Shown here in pieces: positions 45,001-55,286 of a stretch of 64,000 bases of DNA; position 1 is the first letter of the stretch, and each line of letters starts with the position of its first letter. Origin of the DNA: Rhizaria sp. SCN 62-66 (lineage: Eukaryota). Below the pieces are notes generated by a model. It saw only the letters and a list, made by a program, of their open reading frames with translations, did not search any database and was not told the origin of the DNA. The stretch lies in contig MEDY01000070.1 of the NCBI GenBank assembly GCA_001724265.1, positions 1 through 64,000 on the forward strand, read 5' to 3'. The translations under genes were made by a program, and so were the position numbers.

Positions 45001-48000
45001 GTGAGCCAAGCGTTGCCGCCGACCGGCCCCGGGGCGAACGCCGGCGCCGCGGCCCCCGCGGCGGTGGCGAGCTCGGCCTGCACCTCAGGCGCCAGGGGGT
45101 ACGAGCTCTGTCCGCCGTCGCGCACGGACGCGACCCAGGGCGCCAGCGCAGGCGCAGCAAAGCCAGACTGCTGCTGCAGCTGCTAATCATCGTCGGATAG
45201 GTTCGCGTGCGCCTGTTCTTGCGCCTGCGGGAGCGGGCGCGAGTAGATTTGGGCGGAAGGCGTGGTGCGCGTGTCGCCAGACAGCATGCGCAGCTTCTGT
45301 GCAAACGACAGCCCCGAATTCGCGCCGGCACTACTGGCACTGTTCACGTCGCTGTTATTGCCAGTCTCAGCAAGAGTGGCGCGGTACGCGCGCTCCGCGG
45401 CGTCGCCGGCCGCGACCCCGGGCGCGAGCGCCGGCGAGAGCAGGAAAAGCGAGGCCGGCCGCAGCAGCGCGACCTCGCCGCCCTGCAGTCCAGCGCGCAA
45501 CAGAGCACGCTCGCGCTCGCTCAGCGCGTTTGCAGACAGAGAGGACGCCGCGGCGCCCTGGTAGTGCCGTTGCTGCAAGCGCGCCGCAAGGGCGGCGGCG
45601 GACTCCAGCTCGATCCGCGCGCTCTCAGCAGCCGCTACGGACGCAGAAGCAGACGCAGAGGCAGGGCCAGCGGATGACCCAGAGGCAGAGGCAGAGCTTG
45701 CGTTCGCGGAAGCAGATGCAGAGGCGGTGGGGTCCGAATTGCGCTGGGGACGTGTCGGAGTGACCGGCGTCTCTCTGACGCGCGCGGTCACGCCCCTAGT
45801 CGCAGCCGCCGTCACGGTCACGGTCGCAGCGGAGTCACCGCTTGCGTTGGTCCCGCCGTTGGCGGCCAGCGTGGCCTTGGCGGCGCGCAGCCTGCGGAGA
45901 AGCGGCAGCGCGTCGGACTGGTCGGGCGTGAGCTCCGCCACCAGCGCGCCGCCGCGGGGCGGGCCGCCGGACCGTGTGCCGTCGACAAAGGGACTGGTCA
46001 GCCCCGCGGTCGACAGCATCAGCGGGTCCCACACCGGCATCGGTGACGGGACGAGAGGCTAAAAGCGAATAGAAGTTGCAACAATGAGAGGAATAAGATA
46101 AGATATGATATTTTCTTTTCAGAATAAATTCAAATTAAATCAAATGAAGCATATGTGAGAAAAATTTTGCAATTTGGCGCACGTACCATATTTCTGCCGA
46201 ATCCGCCCCTGTGGTGATACATGTTCCGTTGTTGTTCCCGCAGCTGCTCTTGATGGTCGTCTCCTTCGTCAGTCATGCGAGGCGGCTTCTGATCGCCGCC
46301 AAACCCACGCATGCGCCCGCGAAAGTGGTGACCGCGGCCGCCGCGCTCGCCCTCTTGCGGCATCATCTCACCACCACCACCACCACCGCCGCCGCCGTGG
46401 CTGCGGAACCGCGCGTTCTGCGAGAGCGCGAGCGCGTGCTTGGCCGAGGCGGGCGCGGGCAGCGGCGCCTGGTAGCGCGCCGTGACGTCGTCCCAGCTCA
46501 GCGCGCGCACCGGCACCACGTGCGCCAGCGTCGCATCCGCCGCGCCGCCGCGGGGAAGCGCCGCCACAGCCTCTGCTGCGGCTATCGCTGCGGCGGCTGC
46601 GGTGGAGGCTGGGGCGGGAGCGCTGCTGCTGCCGCGGCTGCCGCCGGCACGGGACTCGCCGCCCGCGACCAGAGTCAGTGCGCGCACGCCCGGAGCGTCG
46701 GCGGCGGCGTCGGCAGCGCCGTGGCCGCTGTTGCTCGCGATGATGCTCGCGGCGGCGTGCGCTGCGTCGCGCCAGAGCGCGCGCACAAGCAACTGCGCGC
46801 TCCCAGCGGCGCCGCTGCTCGCGTTGCTCGAGTCGAGCTGCGCTAAGTTAAGCCGCAGGGTGTGCGCGGCGGCTTGCACGGCACGGACCGCCAGCGCAGC
46901 CGCGGGGTCCGCCGCGCCGGCCGCCTTGGCTGCGTTAATCGCGACGGCGGCGAGCGCTGTGACGTGCCCGAACGCCGCAGCCTCTTCAGCGTCGTCGTCG
47001 GGAGGAGCAGTGCTGTCGGTCATGTCTTTACCGCCACCACCGCTGCTGCTGCTGCTGCTCGCGTTGCGGGAGCGCACGTATTCGCGCCAGAGCGCGCGGC
47101 GCGTGGCGCGGGCGGCGGCGAGGCGCGCTGACGCCGCAATGGCTGCCGCGTTGCCCGCGTGCAGCGCCGCCGTCACAGCCGCCACGGCCGCGCCAGTGCT
47201 CGGGGGCACGCTGGGAGGAGGACCACTGTTGAGAACGGCCGCAGCAGCGGCGCGCGCGGGCGCGAGCAGGCGCATTGGCAGCGTGAGTTTGAGTGAGTTG
47301 AGCCACGTGCGCCGCGGGGACAGCACGTGGTCCAGGTCCAGCAGACACAGCGCCGCGGCCGCCAGCGGCGCCGCACCCAGCAGCCCCGCCACGGCCAGCG
47401 TCGCGGGCGCGGCGGGCAGGGGCGCCGGCGGCGCGAGGCTGCGGCGCGCGGCCGAGGGCGCGGGCAGCCGCAACAGTGCGACGATGAACTCGCGCGCCTC
47501 ATCGTCTGCGCTGCGCACAGTAACACTGTCAGCCGCAGCAGCACTCGCAGAGGCACTGGCAAAAGTGTTGGCCGCTCTCGCGGGGGTTCTCGCGGTGCGC
47601 GCCGCAGCAAAGGCGGGCGTAAGCGCGGCGCGGTGGCGCCAGAGCGCATGGCACAGCGCCGTGTTCGCCGCGAGCGCCGCCAGCGCGCTGCGGTCAGGAC
47701 AGCGCACGACGCGCTGCAGCGTCGCGAGCGTGGCCGCGGTGACGGCCGCCGCGGTGGCGCCGCCCGGCGCAGCGCCCTCGACGGCCCGCGCCACGGCCGC
47801 GGCGAGGTCCGGCCGCCGCGGCGGCCGCGGGGTCGGCGCGCCCTGCCGGGCGGCGGCGGCGGGTGTGTACGGTTGCAGCGCGGAGACGGGCGTGGCGGAC
47901 ACGCTGCGTTCCTCGTCCTCACCATCGATATCGCTGTCAATACCGGCCGTGGCGGCGCCGGGGACGGTCGGGACGCGGTACAGCGCGCAGTAGAGGTCGT

Positions 48001-51000
48001 CGCTCACCCATGGCTTGTCAATGGCCTCCGCGAATGCCATCTCCACGGACTCGGCCAGGAGCGGGAACGGACCCAGACACGGCGGCGGCGGCGGCGCGCG
48101 CGCGGCCATAGCTGCGCGGCCCACTTCATTCTCGCCGTCCTCCGTGGCCGGCAGCGCGTGCGCGGGCAGTCCCGGGTACGCGCCGCCCGGCAGAGAGGCC
48201 GCGAGCGCGAGCGCGTTAACGGCGCTGCCCGCGGCCGCCGCAGCGGCGCTGGCTTGGAAGCGCAGGAAGGGCGACAGCGCGCGCATGCACAGCAGCAAGT
48301 CGAGGCACGTCGCCACGCTCAGCGCGCACGGCGACGCCGCGGGGGCCGGGAACGCGGGCAACGCTGCGCCGGTGAGACCGCCAGTCTCGCCGCTGTTCGC
48401 GCCATCGCCGTCGTGGTGATCATAATGGCGGTGCGGCGCAAAGGCGCGGAAGGCGTCGCTGCCGATGTTGTGGGCGGACAACCGCAGCAGCTTAAACGCC
48501 TCGACAAGTCCCACGCGTGCTCTGCTCTCTCGCGCGGTCGCGCTGCCGCTGCTACTGCCACTGCTGCTGCCAATGCTATCGTTGTTGTTATTGCTGGTGG
48601 TGACTGAAACGGACACGCGTGCCGTCTCCGCCGCAAACGCCGCGACAACGGCCGCGGCGGCGTTGTACAGCGCGGACCACAGCGGCCACACCGAGGGCGG
48701 CAGCGCGACGACGGCGCTGAACCCGCTGAGCGACGTTAGCGGCGTCACTTGCGCGGCCGCGAGCCGCAGCGCCGCGAGCGCGCCACCGGAGCTAAACCCG
48801 CTCGCAGCGGCCCGCCCATCGCGCGTCGCCGCTGCGCCGTCGGTCGCGAGCAGCGAGAAGAGCGGGCCGAGCCGCGCGGGCAGCGTCGCCGGCGCCGGGG
48901 GCACAAAGTCCATCGTTCCCGGCGCCGGGGCCTGCGTCTTCTGCTGCTGATTGCCGCGACCCGCCTTCGCGCCACTGCTGCCGCTGCTGCTAACGGCGCT
49001 GAGGCTGCTGTAGGCGGCGGGCGCGCACGACAGGAAGGGCGCAACAAGTTGGCGCCAGTGCGCGCGCGACCGCAGCTGCAGCACGCGGAGCGCGTCTTCC
49101 GCGCTCTGTAGCGCGTCCATCACGGTCTCGCCCGCCGCGGCGGCTGTCTCAGCCTCGGCGGCAGCGCCCGCGGCGGCCTCGCGCTCAGCGACAACCGTGG
49201 CCAGCGCCTGCGCACGCGCGAGCGTCGCCGCGCGCGCCGTGGCCTCTGCGCGCGCGCGTTCGGCGTCCGCCGGCGTGGTCACCGCCACAGTGCCCGACAC
49301 TGCGCCCGTCGCTGCGCCAGCTTGCGCGTTTGCGAGGCTCTGAGCGGGAGGGAAGGACATACCGAGACCGAGACCGAGGCCGGGAGCGGGGGCTGCGCGA
49401 GAGCGCGCGCGGTCGGACAGGGCGGCCATTTGCTCCGCCACGGCCGCGGCGCGCATCATCTTGGCGAGCGCGTCGGCGGCGTTGGGTCGGCCGCGGCGCT
49501 TCGGCACGGGCGCGGTCGCCGCGGTCAGAGTCAGCACGACGGGGAGGGGTGCGGGCGGACTGAGCGCGGGCACCGCGACAATCATGGCGGTCGACGGGGC
49601 GGCTGCAGGCGCGGAGGCAGCCTTCGCTGCAAGCGCAGGCACAGCCACAGACGCGGGCGCCGAAGCAGCGGGCGCGGGCGCGGACGTGGTAGCGCTCGCC
49701 GCAGCGGCGCTCAGAGCGGCGGCCTTCTTGGCGGCGGCCGTGCGCGATACCGGCACCGCGGGCGGCGGCATCGTCACAGCGTTCGCGGTACTCGCAGTAT
49801 TCGCTGTCGCGGCGGCGGCGCGCGCGGCGGCCACGGAGCCCACGGTCATTGTCGCTGTCCCGGGCGCGGACGCGGGCGCGGGCGCGGGCGCGAGGGGCGC
49901 GGCCTCAGCGGCGGAGGCCAGGGCCGCCGCTGCTGCCGCTGCCACAGCTGCTGCCGCCGTGACCGGCGCAGGTTTATCAGCAGACGCAGACGCAGCGGCG
50001 GCGGTTGCAGCGGTGAGGTGAGCTACCCCGCGCGCCGCGGCGGCCTCGGCGACGTCGGCCTCGGCAGCGGCTTGCGCGGCGCGGACGCCCGCCACGACCA
50101 CCGCGGCCTCGGCAGCGCGCGCAAAGGCGCCCGGACGGTAGTTTTCCCACGTCGCAGCGGTCAGCGCGTCCGCAGTCTTCGCACTTGACGTCGAGGCTCT
50201 CGCACTGACATTCGCATTGGTTGTCGCGATGCCGGCACTCCTCGCCGCGCTTGTCCCCGTGCTGACACTCGCAGCGACAGGTGGCGCGGTGTACACAGGC
50301 ACTGAGGCCGCAGCGACTGCGCCGCCGAACCGCCGCTGGTGCATCTGTTCCTCCTGCAGGTGGCGCTGCTGCTGCTGCTGAAGATCGCGCAGGTGCGCGC
50401 GCGCGACCTCGAGCTTGCGGCCGGCCCCGCGGTCGGCGACGCCGCTGCGCGTGAACACGGCCGCCTCGGCCTCGGCGCGGGCGAGCGCGGCGGCCGCCGT
50501 GGCGAGCGCGAGCGCGGACTCCGCCTCGTGCGCGGCGGCGTGGCCCGCCTCGGCCGCGCGCTTCTCCAGCGAGCCCTCGCCGCCCGCCGCTGCCGCCGCG
50601 GTGCTCAGCCCAAAGAGAGAGGCCACTTCGCGCTCGCGCGCCGCAGCCGCTGCGCGCGCCGCAGCAATCGCGGTCCCCGAGGCGCCCGAGCCTGCGCCCG
50701 CGCCCATGCCTGCGGCTGCGGCGACACTGGGGGTCAGCGCGTCCGCGATGAGAGCGTTGGCCGAGGCGATGGCGAGCGCGGCGTCGGTCGCGCCGCCGCC
50801 GAAGGAGCCGGCCAGACCGCCCAGGAAGCCCCAGTCTGCGACGCGTTGATGTGTCGGCACGGGCACGGAAGTCACGCCGCGCGCGCTGAACACACAGTCA
50901 CCTGCCGCGGTCGCAGCGGTGCCAAGATCGTCAAACTTAGACTGCGACGACTGCGCCTTAGAGCCTGGGACAGAGCTGGCGCTGACGTTGGCACTGGCAC

Positions 51001-52315
51001 CCACTCTATCAGAGTCAGTCATGTCGTTGTCTTTCTTCTTGTTCTTGCCCTTGCTCTGCGCTGCTTGGGCCGCATCGTGCTCAGCGGCCTCATGTGTCTG
51101 CGCCTGCGCCTGTGCTTGGAGCGCGTAGGTGCGCAGCGGAGCCGTGAAGGCCTGCACCGCGGCGCGTCCGGAGCCGAACGCGGTGCGCACGGTCACACGC
51201 CGGCCGCGCGCGGGGCCAAGCCCGGCGCGCATTGTTGCAGAAGACGCATTCGCTCTCGCACTCGCACTCTCGCTCGCAGCGTTCGCAGAGTCATGTGTAG
51301 AGCCAGCGCTAGAAGGGTTGGCCTTACCTTGTTTCTGTTCATCTTCATCGTCATCATCATCATCTTCGTCGTCATCATAGTCGTGAGCAGCATCATCGTG
51401 AGCAGCGTCAGCGTCAGCGTCAGCATTGATGCGCGCCACCGCAGCTGCAATGTCCACTGCGCGCGCGTGCGCGTGCGCGCGGGCCCTGGCGGCCAAGGGC
51501 GCCACGGCCCAGGGGTCCGCAGCGGCCGTGACGACGGTGAGCAGGTACACAGTGTAGAGCAAGCGGTGGAACGGCTGCGGGGCGGCGAGGCGCGCGGTGA
51601 GGTGCCGCAGCAGCAGCGCGTGCGGCGGCATGTGCGCGTAGCTGCGCGCCTGCGCGTCGTGCTCGGGCCCGGCCAGCAGAAACGGCACGGGCGAGAGCTG
51701 GTAGTAGCGCAGGAAGCGCGCGAACGTGAGGTCGCCGGCGGGCACCACGGCTTGCTGTTGCGCGGCAAACGCGGCGCCCGCTTGCTGCGCCGACGGCGAC
51801 TGCAGCACGTTGTGCGGGAACAGGATCGAGCCCGGAACGCCCGCGCTGGGGTCCGGCGCGGGGGCGGAGGATGACGCTGCGGCGGAGGATGAGGCGGCCG
51901 CGGCGGCTGCGGCTGCGGCAGCAGCGACAACGGAGGCGGCATTCAGTGCAGCGTTTGATGCCGAGGATGCAGACGCGCCCGCGGCTGCGGCAGCATCTGC
52001 GGCGGCGCGGAAAGAGCGCGGCAAAGGAGGCGGCGGCGGGAGCGAGTCCGCGCCGGCATGCGGCGTAGCGCCAGCTTCGGCGTCGGCGGCGGCCCACAGC
52101 GGGAGGAGAGCTGCGTGTGGGTAGGTGCGGTAAAACGAGTAGGCCGTCTGCTCCGCGGTGAGCAGGGGCGTCTGGAAGTGCGGCGGGAAGACCGCGAGCA
52201 GCTCCTGCAAAGCCGCAACTGCAGATGCAGCGGAAACCGACGGGGTAGACGCTGCAGGAGCGCGCGGCGGGGGCCTGGACGGCCCGAAGGTACCCGCGCG
52301 AGGAGTCTGCGACAT
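39024..52315 (-). CDS. Giant Ala-rich protein, about 4387 aa, 2 exons, one in-frame TAG (45185-45183); possible dispersed SNAPC1-like domain
   Basis: Exon 1 52315-46187, intron 46186-46059 (GTACGT...TTTTAG, phase 0), exon 2 46058-39024. ORFs 46040-45183 and 45125-39024 share a frame and are separated by one TAG. Ends TAA followed by TGA. Confidence 0.7.
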
Positions 52316-52953
52316 CCACTTCTCGGCTAAAAGATTGTTCGGGAAGTGGACGCTGTGAACGTAATTTTAGAGTGCAATTAAAAGTACAAAAGTGATGATT
52401 AGCAAAATTAAATCAGTTTAAATATATTTTGCAAAGAAAGTGTCTACACTGCTCAAAACGGTCTTTTGTTGATCTGGCCACAAAGCGCGAGAGAGCCGTG
52501 GTCGCCATACGGTCGCTGGGATGTCAGCAAAGATCTCTGACTTTCCCGATAAGCACAACGACAGCCACTCGTTGCTGACTGATTTCTCTATGAATTTCAC
52601 TTAGACTAGTTGGATTTCTACGTTATATTTGTATTTTTTCTTGTACGCATATCTTGTATACGGCGCAGATGCGCGTGGCGAATGCGGAGATGTTGGATTT
52701 TTTAGCCGATGATGATCTTTCGTTCACAGAGTGCTCGCGCGTTCTGTATGAAGTCTATCGCTATAGGGTTTATGATTCCATTATTTAGGGCCTCTGTCTC
52801 ATATTAAAAACGCGTTTTTACGGACACTACTTTTTTTTGTTCTCTCCCGACTCTGTCCGCCCTGACAGACCCTTGCCTCGTCACACATCCACTGCAACCT
52901 GCTCTAGTTTCTGCACGCTCCAGTGTCTGTGCACGCTCCGTGTCTGCACACAC

Positions 52954-55253
52954 ATGGACCGGCCGGCTTACTGTGTGCCCCCCGCGGGCGCGCAGCCCTT
53001 TATCTCTGCGCCCTACTTGCCAGTCGACGCTCTCTCGTCGTCCGCTCTCACCGTTTTCAACACGGACAAATCTTCTATTGACGCTGCTCATGCTCTTGTT
53101 CCTGCTGCTGACTCTGTTGACTGTGCTGCACCTGCGCTTCCGGACGCGGCTTATTTGGCGGCACTGCTGGATAACGCCGAGCACGCAGCGCTGGCCACGC
53201 TCGCGACCGTTGCCAAAGCCTCTGCAGCCGCTGCCGCCACAGCTGCAGCCACCCCTGCTGCGACAAGCTCAGTTGCACTCGCAACTAGCGCAAGCGGCGG
53301 CAGCGCGGTTTTGCCCGCTGCTGCGGCTGCCGCTGCGCGTCTGCGCTTTAGCCAGCACCGGTGGCTGCCTGTCTGCAACGACACTGCTCTGCCGCCCCCC
53401 CTCGCTTCAAGCAGTTCGAGCGCGAGTTCTATCGCGAACGCGAACGCCAGCCGTGCCACGACAACTGCGGCTGCGGCTAGAGCGCCGAGCAGTGCTGGTG
53501 TGAGTTGGATCCGCCATTCAGACCCTTACATTCCCCCTTCGGGCCCTTACACTGCCGGTGACCGCCACCGCAGCTCATTCAACAACGGAAACAACACCAC
53601 CGCTGCCGCCACCGCCGCCGCCGCCGCTGCCGTCGCCACTAGCTCAAGTTTAAGCGCGCCGCCGAACGTGCCCTGGGCGCTGCCTGCGCTGGCCCCGCCT
53701 GCGATTTACTCCGCGCCCGCGCTCGCCTCTACCACTGCAGCGTCGCCTAGCGCGGGCGGCAGCGGCGGTGCGCGCGCGCGCTCTCGGTCAAGCTCCACGG
53801 CCAGCGTCGGCGGTGGCAGTCCTGCGCTCAGCCCCCGTCTTTCGCACTTGCACTCGCAGCATTATAGCCACGGTCACGGTCACCACGGTGCAGAGGGCGG
53901 CGTGGCCTCGGTTGCGGCGTCCGCGGCGGCTGCGCTTGCCTCCGCGGCGTCGGCGTCCGCGGGCGGCGTGTTCGGCGCGCTGGGCGGGCGCGTGGCCCCC
54001 GCCGCGGCGCTGCCCCTGACGCACCCGTCGCTGCCGCTCACAATCACGGTGCACAGCGCGTTCGTCGCGGTCACGCACACAGACGCTCTGTCTGGCGGCT
54101 CTGCACTGCCGCCCGCAACAGCCGCAGCTGCGTCGGCCTCGGTGACCCAGGCCGTGGGCTCTCTGAGCGCTGCGGCTGCAGCTGCGGCTGCAGTGGGCGC
54201 GGCTGACTCAGCGGTTCCTGTTGCTGCTGCTGACTCAGCGGTACCCGCGGCACGCCTGCTGCTCACAGTCGCCGATGTCGCCGCCGCGCCCGACAACCAG
54301 CGGCTGATCGCCGCACTCTCCGGGGGCGGCTTGACTTTCGAGCAGCGCGGCCTCACTATAATCGACGCGCAGCTGTCACCGCGCGGCGACTGTCTCTTCT
54401 TGCTCGTGCTGCTCATGCCGCCAGCCCCCGCAGTCGCCGCGGCGCTCACCGGCGCTGCCGCCTCGGCCGCGGCGAGCGCTACCCCGCTGCCGCTGCTGCT
54501 GCGCGCGCCGCTGCGTTTTCCCGCCCCCGGCACCGCGACACTTGCAGTGCCCGCGGCCGCGCTGCGGCTCGCGCCGGTGCCGTCCCTGGGGCTCGCGCTC
54601 ACGGCCTTCACGGTGCTCCCGCGCCCCGGGCCCGCGCCCGCGCGCCTCGCCGCCAGCGACACGCCTGCGCTGCACCACACCGCAAATCCTGATGACGCTG
54701 CGCAAGCTGGGGCTCCCGCGGCTGCGGCGGCTGCGGCTGGGGCGGAGGTTGAGGCCGAGGCTGAGGCCGCGGGGAGCGACTGCTGCCTCCTGTTCGCGGC
54801 GATCCCGCCCGCCGCGCCCGCCCCTGTGTTCTCGCGACCCGCTGCAGCCAGCGCGGCCGCGGCGCTTGTTGCCGACGGGAGCGCGGCTGTGAGCAGCCCG
54901 AGCGCGAGTGCAGCTGCGAGTCCAAGCGGAGACTTGCTTGCCAGCCACAGTCTCGCAATCAGTGCCAGCCCCAACACCAACGCTAGCGGCGGCTCCAGCG
55001 CCGGTGCCGCGCCCAGTCCCAGCGCTTCCTCCGACAGAGGCGCCGTCGCTGCGGCTGCCGAGACAGGCGTGACTGACAGAGGCGCAGGTGAGAGAGGCCC
55101 GGTGCTGCTGACGCTGCGTTGGAAGCGATCCTCCAAGAACGAGTCTGCTTCGACTGGTGACTCTACGTCTAAAAGCGCCGCCTATGCATGGGCGCTCACT
55201 TCTGCGGTGCCCCTGCTATCGCTGTGCCCGCTGCCTCTCGCAGCTCCTGCGCA

Positions 55254-55286
<33 letters not shown>

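Noticed and set aside
2802-45185. Three independent pseudogenes as the explanation for the in-frame stops
   Set aside because: All five lesions are TAG with no TAA, TGA or frameshift over many kb, the DHHC catalytic motif is intact, and TAG is absent from gene ends. This is disfavoured but not formally excluded.
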